Shown piece after piece: positions 1 to 12,980 of a stretch of DNA of 64,000 nt; within the stretch, counting starts at the first letter, position 1, and each line of letters starts with the position of its first letter. The translations under genes and the position numbers were made by a program. The stretch comes from Amoebidium appalachense (lineage: Eukaryota; Protista; Ichthyosporea). The notes beneath the pieces are model-generated. The model made no database searches. It saw only the letters and a program-made list of their open reading frames with translations, and was not told the origin of the DNA. Location of the stretch: positions 3,038,001 to 3,102,000 of the forward strand of contig CAVNZM010000010.1 of NCBI GenBank assembly GCA_963693365.1, read 5' to 3'.

Positions 1-60
1 GCCCGCGACCCCGCGAGACACTTCACAGACACGCGGCCCACTGGCCAGACAAATACCACA

Positions 61-463
61 GTGACATTCAGCCAATCACAACACTCCCTCCCCCACAGAC
101 TACACGCACTCCACACCATTGGCTACCGCGACCTCAGACACCCCTACAGCACTACAACACGTACACACGTTTACTCACAATACATATAAGCATACACACA
201 CGCGAGCAGGCAACATGGGTCTCGCCACGCACACAGCAAGAAGCAATACAACATTTAACATGGAGAGTACGCAGAGGCATGGGGCATGCACGCGCGCACC
301 AAACAATCAGCCGCCGCTGCATCAGATTCTCCCCATACCACTGATTAATCTCCTCATACCCCATTTAGACCCCGGCATCACTATGCAAGAAAACCCCCGA
401 AATTCACTCACCAAAACACAAAATATAGAAGCAAACTAATACGAATCAGCTCAGCACATGACA
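61..463. repeat. Dispersed ~400-bp repeat, copy 1 (LTR-like end ...CATGACA)
   Basis: Near-identical to 3291-3339 + 10115-10472, the copy split by the Copia element. May extend beyond the left window edge. Confidence 0.75.
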
Positions 464-517
464 TGTGTGTGTGTGTGTGCAGTGTGCATGTGTGAGTGTG
501 TGTGCGTGCGCGCGCGC

Positions 518-559
<42 letters not shown>

Positions 560-844
560 TTTCAAAGAAGTCGAAAGCGCCAGTGACACCCATGTTGAAA
601 AAAAGACAAGCAAGCACGCTAAGAAGGACAGCAAGAAGTAACAGAAACCCTTTCATGCCGAAAAAATGGTCAAGAACAAAGAAGTGGAGGACACGTAACT
701 ATAGTCTGATAGTTGTGACTAAGGGCACTAAGGGTAGCGCTAAGGGCACCAAGCTGATGCAGTGATTGGCTAAATCCCAATCCGGTTTGCAATTTTTTTG
801 TCCATTTAAGCCTGTACGCACGTTGTTTGCTCCATTTCTCTTCC

Positions 845-968
845 CCCTTCCCGCAGGTCCGCAGGTCCTTTTCCGGAGGTCGCCTGGTCGCAGGTCCCTT
901 CCCGCAGGTCGCCTGGTCGCAGTTCCCTTCCCGCAGGTCGCCTGGTCACAGATCCCCTCCGCAGATCG
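845..968. repeat. Short tandem repeat, ~29-bp unit (CCCTTCCCGCAGGTCGCCTGGTCGCAG..)
   Basis: About four degenerate units are visible. Confidence 0.7.
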
Positions 969-1534
969 CGCAGCCACCGTGCTGAATGGTTTCGACCATG
1001 CTGCATGCTGCAGCTTCTTCGCCTAACGGCTGAAAGGCCCTTTGAAGGTTAGTTTTGTGTTGCCTGCTTTTGTGCATATGGCGTTTGTCTGTCTGGTCTG
1101 TGTCCGTCCTGTGATTATGTCTGTGTCTGTGTCTGTGTGTGTGTGTGTGTAGTGTGTGTGTGTGCGTGCGTGTGCGTGTGTCTGCTGGCTGCAGATGCAC
1201 ATTGCCTTTCACGTTCATGAACCAGCGACTGTGGGCACTACTTTTGCTGTTAGCACTATAGCTATCATCCCCTCCACCGATCGTTCAAGCTATTTTCTGC
1301 TTCTCTAGACTTCATAAGTTCTGGTCCGGGTTTCCGTCCTTACTATGTTTGAGGTTGGTTCTGTCGACTCTTTTTTTGCCACTCTCAGTCAGCCCCCTCA
1401 GTCACACCCCCCCCCCCCCCTCCCCCCACTTCTCGCAAGTAGGATGAGCTAATTCTTAGCTCGAGTTCCTTTACAGGTTTTGCCAAGGTTGGCCCATGAA
1501 GTCATCAGCAACTATAAGGCTACGTTATCATCTA

Positions 1535-2113
1535 GAGGTGGGTACCGGCTCTTTGTCCTATGGCTGCTGTTGTTTCCGTTTTTCGTTTCATAGGTGGGTA
1601 CCGGCTCTTTGTCCTGTTAAGGTAAATAAAGTATGGAGGCAAGACCCTGTGGGTCTGGGGCTCTTTGTCCTATGGCTGCTGTTGTTTCCATGTTTCGTTT
1701 CTGTGTTGCTCTTATAGCACATGAATGATCATGTGCATGTTTAGCACCCATAGGTGGGTACCGGCTCTTTGTCCTGTTAAGGTAAATAAAGTATGGAGGC
1801 AAGACCCTGTGGGTCTGGGGCTCTTTGTCCTATGGCTGCTGTTGTTTCCGTGTTTCGTTTCTGTGTTGCTCTTATAGCACATGAATGATCATGTGCATGT
1901 TTAGCACCCATAGGTGGGTACCGGCTCTTTGTCCTGTTAAGGTAAATAAAGTATGGAGGCAAGACCCTGTGGGTCTGGCACCTCGTCGTCGTCATCGATC
2001 GTCAAAGGTTCATGTGGGGTGGGTGGTGGTCCCCAGGAAAAGACCCTGTGGGTCTGGCACCTCATCGTCGTCATCGATCGTCAAAGGTTCATGTGGGGTG
2101 GGTGGTGGTCCCC
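1535..2113. repeat. Tandem array: 160-bp units followed by a ~79-bp duplication
   Basis: TAGGTGGGTACCGGCTCTTTGTCCTG recurs at 1591, 1751 and 1911. AAGACCCTGTGGGTCTGGCACCTC...GTGGTCCC recurs at ~1961 and ~2040. Confidence 0.85.
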
Positions 2114-2411
2114 GGGGGGCGGGGGGGGGGGGGGGGGGGGGAGGAGGGAGGTGGGGGTTTAAGGACAAAGGGTTCATTTTGAAATTTCACTATGTAATTG
2201 ATCAAATTTCATATGTAGAATTATCGCCCCCACTGAGTATCGGGAGTTAGGGAGTATGGGGGATTACGATCTGCCGTTCGCATGGTTCATCCCCGCACTC
2301 AATTTGATTGGTGTGGACATAACGGACCAATAGTCTTATATACCATATATGGTATGTAAGGAAATTTATTTTTCGACATTTATTCGTTAAGATATCACAC
2401 GCAACCTCCAG

Positions 2412-3291
2412 CCATCCAACAGATGACTTTAAGGATGACGACGGTTTTTAGTGTGACTTTAGACATCCTGAAAGATAGCTTTAAAATTGCATCAAGAAAT
2501 CTTCCGGTGCTCTTACCAGAACTATGAATATATAATTATTCTATCTATGGAGCGACCATATATAACGTTAGGCCGTCCTAAAGCCGTCTAAAGTGTATAT
2601 TAATTTGTCTTTTCCTCAATTGATGATGAATTATATTATGACGTAAATACGTCTCACGCATATCTTGTTCGTGTCATTATGTACCAATAAAAATATCCCT
2701 AGCCAATCGGTGAGTTGCTTTTAGTACGTCCTAAAGTCGACAACTCGTGTTAGACTGAAATAACATATTACATAACTACATTTTAAGGATACATTTAGGT
2801 TAACCACAACCATATCTGTAATATATCTCTGCAAATTCTTCAAGAGGTGTTAAGTATGCCATATATATTCGTCTGAATTACAAAAAGTAGTATTAAAGAT
2901 GGATATTGGTGATCGCAAAGCGCTCTTGTAGACGGCTGACCGATAGCTTACAGATATGCTGGGGATATCTTTTTAGTAAAAGTTCATAAATATTGTCTTT
3001 TTATAGATTCGTTTAAGACATAACAAAGACGGCTCTAAGATATGCTTTGGGGAGGAAACAGATGGAACACGGGATAGGGTTTCGCCGGGTTACAGATATG
3101 CTAAGGACGTACTTACAGAGATGTCTTTAATATCGCCTGCTAAAGCCGGACGGGTTAGGGATAGCTTGGAGTCATCTCTAACTTGAACTAATAACGGTTA
3201 CAAAGGGTATGGTTCAGGATGGGTTACGGGTTTAGGATGTCTCAGAGTGGTTTGAGACGGGAAAAAGATGCCGGGAGATGTTTGCTGATGG
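2412..3291. mobile_element. Possible non-autonomous DNA transposon (AT-rich, imperfect CCATC...GATGG termini)
   Basis: CCATCCAACAGA at 2412 versus TGTTTGCTGATGG ending 3291; abuts the truncated 400-bp repeat. No TSD found. Confidence 0.25.
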
Positions 3292-3339
3292 TGACATTCA
3301 GCCATCACAACACTCCCTCCCCCCACAGGCTACACGCAC

Positions 3340-4274
3340 TGTTAAATTCTATAAGTATTTGGGATGTAAGCAGAGACACAGTGGTGCAGTGTGAAAACAC
3401 CACAGACACACACAACAACAAAACACGGAACGATCGGAGCAGTGTACACAACAGACATCAATGTTTAGACACGACTGAACTCAATTTATTTTGATCGCTA
3501 ATAAATACCTGAAATTCCCTTAAGTTAAATCCATACATGATTTCCGACCAGTCGGAAATCAGATCTATGTCTAAAATAACCAATCATAATTAACTGATTA
3601 TTTCCCGGATAGATCCGGAGACGCGGGAACACACACCATAGGTCACAGCTATAAGAAAGAAAAGAGGTGAAGAGTAACGAGGAAAGAGGTGGTGTTTCTA
3701 ACCTATCATCGGCTACAAAGACTCAGACATTTTCTGACTAAGTCCACTGATTGGATATAGTACGGCAACACACAAAACAAAAGTGGTTGACTAAGCTATG
3801 AATCATACCTGACAAGCTAAAGTGTAACCTAAGTGTTTTTCTACCAATCAAAACATAACGAGTAATATAAATCTACTCAACGTATATTAGTGAGAGAGAA
3901 ATATAATTAAATGAAAGGAAACAAGAGAAGAAAGAAAGAGAAAAGAAAAGACGAAGAAAGAGGAAAAAGAAAAGAAAGCAGGACAGAAAACACGAACAGC
4001 AAAACACAGTTATAACCGAAGATATTCATGTACACATATCATGTACACGTGTCTCCCTCACTGGGTAGACTCGTGTACCTATAATCAGTTGCTGTAATCG
4101 ATATCTAAACACACGAATATAGCCGACACAACACGATTACAAGTACTCAAATACACTGGAGATCGATGTCATAATTTACGTACAAGGAGCACATCTTTTT
4201 CATTAAGTAAATGAATGAAAACATAACACGAACTGAGAAGATCTTACAATATGTAAATACTACGTATTATAACA
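3340..4274 (-). repeat. 3' LTR of the Copia element
   Basis: Direct repeat of 9180-10114 (TGTTAAA...TATAACA on +). Confidence 0.95.
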
Positions 4275-4705
4275 TCCCCACTTAAGACTTTGAAGTTTGT
4301 GTTATCATATCCCCACTGAACTAGTGAAATCTCCCCACTTGAGAACAGAAACGGAAAAAAAAAATTTAAAGTGTGTACTTTTCCGGGGGGGGGGGGGGGG
4401 GGGGGGAGAAGGGGGGGGGAGGGGGGGGGGGGGGAGGGGGGGGGGGAAGGGGGGGGGGGAAGGGGGGGGGGGGGAGGGGGGGGGGGAAGGAACCGGGGCA
4501 AAAACAACGAATATATATAACGTGGATAGGCGGTGTTTGATTAACTGGGTTTTAAACCAGTGAAAGATAGAGTAGAGTGATGGTACGGGTCAAACCTTAT
4601 ATATAAACCCTAAGTGGGCATACCCACAAAGGCAATACATATGATATAATGATGTTGATAAAGTAAGTAGTACACATGAGAAAATCACTCTTGAAGTAGG
4701 TCGGG

Positions 4706-7700
4706 TCAATCCACAATATCCGGTAAACAAAGTCGAGCACGATGGTGGACATGACTCGGGCCGGGGAGGGGTTTGGTGAGTATGTCAGCTAAGTTGTGGG
4801 CTGACTCAACGTAGTGGACAACCACGTCCCCACTGGCAATGTAGTCCTTGGTGTTGTGATACCGGACGGCAATGTGTTTGGTACGGTGCTTGATGCCGGT
4901 GGAGTTGACGATGGCAATGGTCGACTGGTTGTCACAGTACACCGGAGTCGGAGCAAGCATGGGACAGCCGAGTTCCTTGAAGAGGTCACGGACCCAAGCA
5001 ACTTCTTGGGTGCCAGCATTGAGAGCAATCAGCTCAGCTTCAGTGGTGCTGGTGGCCGTGATGGGCTGGAGCTTGGAGTACCAGATGACGGGCATACCAG
5101 CAAACACGATAATGTAGCCGGTGGTAGACTTCTTGCTGTCGGCACAACCAGCAAAGTCAGCATCCGTGTAGCATTCGAGTATGGGGGACTGGGTGGCCGA
5201 GTACTTGTAGTCAATGCCAAGGTCAATGGTGCCGAGCAGGTACCGGGCCACACGACGGAGAAGGTCCCAGTGAGTCTTGCCGGGGTTGGTGCTGAACCGA
5301 CCAAGGAAGCCGATGGCATAGGCAATGTCGGGACGTGTGCACCGTGCCACCCAGAGGAGACGGCCGAGTAACTCACGGTAGGGCACGGTGAACGGTTGGG
5401 GGGGGCAATCAGCCAGGGAGACGGTGGTGCCTGCAGGGATGGGGGTAGACTTGGACTTGGCATCGGTGAGGTTGAAGTCGTGGATGATATCCATGATGTA
5501 AGACCTCTGGTGCATGTGGAGGTGATGGGGATCAGAGTGATTAAAATCAACACCGAGCATACGGTCAAATGGACTCATACGACAGCTGGCCATCTTGCTG
5601 ATGTGGGCAGCCAGGTCACTGGCAGCAGTAGAACCCCGGGTGTTGGTGATGGTGGAGTCATCGACGTAGTTACCAGCCCGTACCACATCGTTGTTGGGGA
5701 AGAACCGGAGGTAGATGCACGGGTCGGTCTTAGTACGGGTCAGGCCATGGGCAAGAAGAATGCCGTCGAGGAAGTCGTACCAAGCCTTGGAGGCTTGCTT
5801 GAGGCCGTACAGGGCTTTCTTGAGTCTCCAGACCTTGCCAAGTGTGGCCATGGTGATGAATCCCGGGGGTTGTTTCATGTAGATGGTCTCGGTGAGTGGG
5901 CTGTTGAGAAAGGCCGTAGACACGTCGAGTTGATGTATGTCATGACCTTCAACAACGGCCAGAGCTAGGATGGCACGGAGAGCAGCCGGACGGATGACAG
6001 GGCTCTCAATCAACTCATAGTCAACACCGTATTGCTGACTGAAGCCTTGAGCAACACCACGTGCCTTGATCTTGGTGTCACCAGCCGAGTTGAGAGTTTT
6101 CTCGGAGACAATCCACTTGAAGCCGACGATGTTAGCACCAGGGGGAGGGTCAACAAGTTCAAAGATGTCTTTGTCGACGAAGGCTTGATACTCAGCAGTC
6201 AGGGCTGACTTGACCTGATCACCATTGGGTCCGGAACAGAGTTGACGGACAAGTTTGGGTAGTTGGTCGATGTTGATGGGGGGACCGGGGGGGACTGGCA
6301 GGGTGGTGGTGGCTTGAAGTCCAACCTTGCCCTGGAGACGGGCAGAACGACGGGGTGCAGGAACCGGGGTAGGTGGAGACGGTGGGGGGGGAACTTGGAA
6401 GTTCGGAAGTGCAGGGGGGGCAACCTCCGGGCTGGACGGGGCCGAGTGGAAGTTGTCGGGGGAGCCGGGTCGGATGGGTGTGACGTTGCCAGGGGCAGGA
6501 TGAGGGTCGGCAGGCTGGACGGGCACGGGGGCAGGGGGGCCGGTGGGGGGGGGGTGTCGGGGGAACGACGATGGCAGGAGGGGGGCCAGAGTACACCAGA
6601 CAAACATCATCTTCAGTGTCAACTGTGGGGGGTGGGGTGGTCGAGGTAGCAGTGGTGTCGGGGGTCGGAAGGGTTGATGGAATGTCGGACGGGAGATAAG
6701 CTGATTCGTCGAAAATCACATCACGGAAGAGGCCGACACGATGGGTGGTGGCATTGAAGATCCGGTGGCAGTGTGATTGAAGATCATAGCCGATATACAT
6801 GCCGAGTTTGACGGTGGGGGCCAGCTTGTTCCGTTTAGAGGCTGGCACGTGAGTGTAGGCAGGGCAACCGAACACTTTGAGCTCGGAGATGTCGGGCTTG
6901 ACACCGTAGAAAACCTCGAATGGTGTACGACCATTGGCAGTCGTGGACGGGGTGACGTTGATGATGTAGGCGGCATGTTGGAGGGCCTCAGCCCACAGTT
7001 TGGGAGACAGAGACTGATCTTGGACTTGATGGAGGAGGCAACGGACAATCTCTTGGAGGAACCGCATACGTCGTTCAACATAGCCGTTCAGTTGAGGGCA
7101 GTCCACCGGAGCATAGCTGGCCTTGATGCCCTGGGAGAGGCAAAAAGCACGGGTATCCTTGGAGGTGAACTCAGAGCCGGAGTCGAAGTGGTAAACACCA
7201 ACTTTGGAGGGGGCATGGGTGGCAACGAGGTTGGTGTGAGCTGTGAGAATATCCAGGGTGGTGGTACGGTCGGCCATCGGGTAGATCTTGACGAGGCCAG
7301 AGGCACGGCAGACAGTGACGAGAGCAACCTTGGAACCTCCGTACGATGTTGTGGTAGGCTCAAAAAAATCCCAATGCCATTCATGACCGGGGATGTTGGA
7401 GTGAGGACGGTCACCCCTGAACGGAGCCTTGGTGGTCTTACCCATAATGCAGCCATGACAATCAGGAACATCACAGTCGAGGACAGAGGAGGGGAGACCA
7501 ATAACAAGGTCGTGTTTCACCATGTCCTTGACGCTGGTCATAGCTCGGTGCCCCAGACGATGGTGCCAGATGGATGGGTTAACACTGGTAGTGGCAGCCA
7601 GAGCCACAGGACGAGTGGGTGGTTGAATGGTGTAGTCCTTGAAGTAATACAGACCGTTGTGTAGACGGAGGTTGACGAGATGACGGCCGGTGAGTCGGTC

Positions 7701-9117
7701 GAAGAGGAATGACGGAGTGGAGGCATCGTTCAAATCACCCTTGATGTATTCGGCAGCAGCTTGGGATGTTGAAATGAGGAAGGCTTGGCCAGACGGGGTG
7801 TAGTAGGCTTCAATGGTTAGGGTGGTAGTGCCATGGTCGGTGGTGGTGTTGATGACGATATGGCCGGTGTGAGTGGCCAAGACGGGTTTGGTGCCATTGA
7901 AGGCAGCAACGGGAGTCGGTGTCGGAAGGGGAGTGAGGTCATGGAAGAACTCACGGGTGGGGCAAACAGTCATGTTGCACCCGGAATCCCAGGCAGGGTC
8001 GGAGGACACGGGGACGGAGCTAGCATTGTATGCCGAGAAAGCAAAGGAGACAGATTTCTCACTGCCTTGACGGGAACGGTTGTGTCTGGACATACGGCAT
8101 TTCGGCTCAGGGCAATCGATGATCGTGTGATCAGGCTCGTGGCAGTAGGAGCATTCTTTCACGGACGGGGTGTTAGAACGAGCCGGGGAATCAGAACGAC
8201 GGGAACCCGAGAAACGGGAACGACTGGGGGAACGAGACGTGGACCGGAAGGCAGGCCGGTGGGGGGAACGGGATCGGGTGTGCTGACGGGAGAGACGAGT
8301 TCGGAGGTCCGTGCCAGAGGTACGGTCAAGTCGGGTGCGTAAGTCACGGCGAGGAAGATCACGGGGGGGGAGCACTGGCATTTAATGCCATGCTGGACTT
8401 GGAGGCACGGTGGGCACGGTTGTTCCGGAGTTGCATCTTGAGGTCTTGACGTAACTCGATGCCCTTGACGTGGTTATGGAGGGACTCGAAGTCGGGGAAT
8501 AGCTTATCACCGAAGTGATAGTCTTCGATAAGACGATTGAACTCAGGGGTGAGGTCGTCTCTGGTGGTGAGTTCATTGAAGAACTTCTCAGCTAGACGAG
8601 TGAAGTGAATGGACTCATCTTGGAGAGACTGGAGCTGGTTCACGATGGTCTGCAGACGGCTCAGGTAGGTGGTGAATGATTCACCGGGCTGAAGGGCACA
8701 GGCATCCCACTGACGGTGAAGGATGCGGATCTGATCGGGTTTGCCTTGGAGATAGTGTTGACGGAATTTCCACATGGCCCGTTCAGGGTCCATGCCAATA
8801 CGGTACTGGGCAACGGTGGTGAGGACGGAAGGGTCGATGTTCTGTATCATATGGAGCAGGAGGCAATTGCGGGCCTCTTTGAGTTCCGCGGTAGTGCCGT
8901 AGCCATAGAAGGGGGGTTCACCGTCAACCGCGACGGTGGTAGGGGGGACGTAGTTGTCAGCAAGGACAACATCCACGAGTCGGACACCTTTAGTGCCGGT
9001 CATCATGCCGAGAAAAATGATTTCCCATTGAAAATAGGTAGTTTTGCTATCGGGACCAGTCTTCCCTTCACCTTTCCACATGGTGATTTTGTTTACGCCA
9101 GTTTTGTTTGGATCCAT
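4706..9117 (-). CDS. Copia gag-pol polyprotein, split into three frames at two G/C homopolymers (~8363-8370 and ~6545-6554)
   Basis: Zn knuckle CSYCHEPDHTIIDC; protease WDSGC; WHHRLGH...CHGC; integrase HFDSGSEF and NGYVERRMR; RT KARGVAQGFSQQYGVDY, HQLDVSTAFLN, LYGLKQA, YVDD; RNase H YTDADFAG, RTKHIAVRYH, ADILTKPL. Likely start MDPNK at 9117. Confidence 0.93.
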
Positions 9118-9166
9118 GATTGAAAAACGAGCGCGAGTTCTAGATGTGTGTAGGGAGCGTGCAAAA

Positions 9167-9179
9167 GGGCTGCATAACC
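9167..9179 (-). promoter_or_regulatory. Primer-binding site of the half-tRNA(iMet) type
   Basis: GGTTATGCAGCCC directly abuts the 5' LTR; resembles the GGTTATG(A/G)GCCC PBS of copia/Ty5/Osser with one extra base. Confidence 0.7.
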
Positions 9180-10114
9180 TGTTAAATTCTATAAGTATTT
9201 GGGATGTAAGCAGAGACACAGTGGTGCAGTGTGAAAACACCACAGACACACACAACAACAAAACACGGAACGATCGGAGCAGTGTACACAACAGACATCA
9301 ATGTTTAGACACGACTGAACTCAATTTATTTTGATCGCTAATAAATACCTGAAATTCCCTTAAGTTAAATCCATACATGATTTCCGACCAGTCGGAAATC
9401 AGATCTATGTCTAAAATAACCAATCATAATTAACTGATTATTTCCCGGATAGATCCGGAGACGCGGGAACACACACCATAGGTCACAGCTATAAGAAAGA
9501 AAAGAGGTGAAGAGTAACGAGGAAAGAGGTGGTGTTTCTAACCTATCATCGGCTACAAAGACTCAGACATTTTCTGACTAAGTCCACTGATTGGATATAG
9601 TACGGCAACACACAAAACAAAAGTGGTTGACTAAGCTATGAATCATACCTGACAAGCTAAAGTGTAACCTAAGTGTTTTTCTACCAATCAAAACATAACG
9701 AGTAATATAAATCTACTCAACGTATATTAGTGAGAGAGAAATATAATTAAATGAAAGGAAACAAGAGAAGAAAGAAAGAGAAAAGAAAAGACGAAGAAAG
9801 AGGAAAAAGAAAAGAAAGCAGGACAGAAAACACGAACAGCAAAACACAGTTATAACCGAAGATATTCATGTACACATATCATGTACACGTGTCTCCCTCA
9901 CTGGGTAGACTCGTGTACCTATAATCAGTTGCTGTAATCGATATCTAAACACACGAATATAGCCGACACAACACGATTACAAGTACTCAAATACACTGGA
10001 GATCGATGTCATAATTTACGTACAAGGAGCACATCTTTTTCATTAAGTAAATGAATGAAAACATAACACGAACTGAGAAGATCTTACAATATGTAAATAC
10101 TACGTATTATAACA
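9180..10114 (-). repeat. 5' LTR of the Copia element
   Basis: Direct repeat of 3340-4274. Confidence 0.95.
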
Positions 10115-10472
10115 CGCACTCCACACCATTGGCTACCGCCACCTCAGACACCCCTACAGCACTACAACACGTACACACCTTTACTCACAATACATATAAG
10201 CATACACACACGCGAGCAGGCAACATGGGTCTCGCCAAGCACACAGCAAGAAGCAATACAACATTTAACATGGAGAGTACGCAGAGGCATGGGGCATGCA
10301 CGCGCGCACCAAACAATCAGCCGCCGCTGCATCAGATTCTCCCCATACCACTGAATAATCTCCTCATACTCCACTTAGACCCCGGCATCACTATGCAAGA
10401 AAACCCCCGAAATTCACTCACCAAAACACAAAATATAGAAGCAAACTAATACGAATCAGCTCAGCACATGAC
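10115..10472. repeat. Dispersed ~400-bp repeat, copy 2 (right part; left part at 3291-3339)
   Basis: Matches ~105-463 with a few substitutions; split by the Copia TSD. Confidence 0.8.
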
Positions 10473-12008
10473 ACATCCGGCCGGAACAACACCGGTTTCG
10501 TAGAAGGATAAAAATAATCCGCTGACAAGATACGCAAAGGGTGAGGGGGGATCCTCACCACGCTTCTGCTTGTGTGGGTTAGGGGGCGGGCACAGCGCCT
10601 TAAACAGCGCGCACAACAGGTAATGCATCCGGTCCGCATGCTTTGCGCCAAGCAAGTTGCCCAATAGCCTTGCGGACATGAGAAGAGTTTAAATAACTTT
10701 CCACCTCCCCCAGAAATGTGGTATCTGCGGGCCACGCCGGAGGTTGGGACATAAAAGGAAAGGCCGGGTGGGTGGAATCGGGTAGGTCGGGTTTCGCAAA
10801 AAGGCCGCCATAACAATCGTCCATATACTTCGCTGCATCCGTAACCTCCTAGTCCGGTGGTGTGATAACTATATTCGGACCCATACGCCCCAATGATTTC
10901 AATGCACTCACTGGCAATCATCATTACCAAGCGGCTGCGGGGGCGAATTAAATACTGTCGGTGGGCGAAGGCGGACTCCTGGGTAGGTGACGGTGCCAAT
11001 AAAGTCTGCGCCGAGTTCGAATAAAAAGTTCATTACCAAGTTGTATGCAGATTCCAAAATTCCCGGATCCTTGCGCGCTCGTGCCTCTTGCACCATACGG
11101 AGCAGCTGTGGGTGTATAGGGGCATATTGCGCCCGGACTGCCGATTGCACCAACATGTTAGAAAACCGTTTTGCTAGCATTATGCGCTGTGTCACTGGCG
11201 GTGGGCGGGCGACCACCCCGGGGCACTGCACCACCCACTTAGCCGGGCGGTGATCTCTATGAGAGGCTGTAGATCAACGGAGAAGCAAAGCTTCGCAGTT
11301 CTCATCCTACAGCCCCAGCCGGCCCGGGGATTTGTGAGTCAACGGAGAAGGCTAGCGAAGCTTCGCAGTTCTCATCCTACAGCCCCAGCCGGGATTTGTG
11401 AGTGAGTGAGTGAGTGAGTGATGAGTGATGAGTGATTACACTTTCCCGGCAGATTGATTAGGCGCGTTCAATAGCCTTTTATGATTATTCGCAGATTTTG
11501 GGCCTATTGATTGGACCAGATCAGTCCGATTTGTGGAACCGGATTGCTTTTGGATCCCTTCCGCCATTCTGTGCCCTGTGAGACTTGACGTTTTTAACGT
11601 TTTTAATTTTTTTTGTGAGTGAGTGAGTGATGAGTGATGAGTGATGAGTGAGTGAGACCAAAAACCTGGCCCGGCCATTGGTGATCGTATGATGGCTCGG
11701 CCCTGATAAGTCGCCGATCACGTGCCGAGCCTTTGGTTCGCGGATGGTCAGATTTGGCGGGAGCCGCAAATGATGACACACCGCGGTAATTTCATTGGTA
11801 ATTGCAGTGGTTACTGTGACTGTGATTGGTTACCAGACTTACAGCGCACCCGGGTTTGCGGAAAGTCAGGCGTAGCTGATTGCCGCTTAGCCTGTGCGCA
11901 TGCAATTCCCCAGCGCGAACTGAAATATTTCAATATTAAGTCGCTGATCACGTGCCCGGGCTGGGATTCGCGGATGGTCAGATTTGCCGGGGAGCCGCAA
12001 AGGATGAC

Positions 12009-12980
12009 TGTTGTAGTACGTAGTATCTACATTAGGTAAGATCTTTTCAGTTTATGTTTTAGTTCATCTAGTACCTAGTGTAATAGCTACACTCCTTGTA
12101 CGAAAAGAGTGGCATCAATCTCCGATATGCTTGTATACTTTGTAATCGTGTTGTATCGGCTTTAATCGTGTGTTGTAATATCGATTAGAATATTGATATG
12201 TGTGTACACGGATCATCTACCCACTCACTGGCAGGGAGAGACGTGTACATGTTCGTGTGTACATAAATATCTTTAGTTATAGTTATACTATTACTATCTG
12301 GTTTCAAGTTGTTGCCAAGTGATCTGTGCTCGCTTCTACTTTCTCTTCCTCCTTCTTTATTTTCTTTTCTTTCTCTCCTTGTTTTTCATGTGTATAATTG
12401 TATTTCTTTTCTACTAATATATGTTAGGTAGATTTGTGTTACTTAATATGTGTTGATTGGACGGTAACACACTTAGGCTACACTTGGGTTGACATGTGTG
12501 ATCAGACTTCATTAATTTACTTTAGTTTTCATGTGTTGCCGTGCTTTAACCAATCATCAAGGTTAAGTGTGGTGTGTCTGAGTCTTTGCAGTGTGTCATA
12601 GGTTAGAACTTTCCCTCACTTCCTCGATAATCATGATGACACGAGTTGATCTTCGCTAGTGTCTGTGCCCTATCCTGTACATATCCGCGTACCGGATCTC
12701 TCTGAAAGCAATTAGTACTTAGTGATTGGTTTCTTTTGGAGACAGATCTGATTCCGACTGGTCGGAAATCACGGATAGGTTTGACTTAAGGGAATTTCGA
12801 GTATTAAACGAGATCAAAATAAATTTGGTTCAGTTGTGTCCAAACATCATTGTGTACACTGCTCGTCCGATCGTTCCTGTTTCCCTTGTTCCTTGTTCCC
12901 GTGTGTTTGTGGTGTTTTTACACTGCACCACTGTGTCTCTGCTTCCCTGTCCTTGCCCCGAATACTTATATAATTTTACA
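12009..12980 (+). mobile_element. Solo LTR (972 bp) related to the Copia LTR
   Basis: TGTTGTAG...TTTTACA termini; TSD ATGAC at 12004-12008 and 12981-12985; colinear but diverged similarity to the reverse complement of 3340-4274 (e.g. GATTCCGACTGGTCGGAAATCA, ACTTAAGGGAATTTC). Confidence 0.9.

Larger units (their letters stand above)
3340..10114 (-). mobile_element. Full-length Ty1/Copia LTR retrotransposon
   Basis: Two 935-bp TG...CA LTRs that look identical by eye; 5-bp TSD CGCAC (3335-3339 and 10115-10119); domain order gag-PR-IN-RT-RH; PBS GGTTATGCAGCCC after the 5' LTR; PPT-like AAGTGGGGA before the 3' LTR. Confidence 0.97.

Noticed and set aside
716-752. CTAAGGG repeats as telomeric sequence
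   Set aside because: Only three dispersed units, not a TTAGGG-type tandem array.
8359-8381. Programmed gag/pol frameshift in the Copia element
   Set aside because: The break sits in a C8 run and a second break lies in another homopolymer at ~6550; Copia normally has one ORF, so sequencing indels or slippage are simpler. Not fully excluded.
4789-9123. Antisense and alternative-frame ORFs over the Copia polyprotein
   Set aside because: Shadow ORFs caused by GC-rich codon usage.
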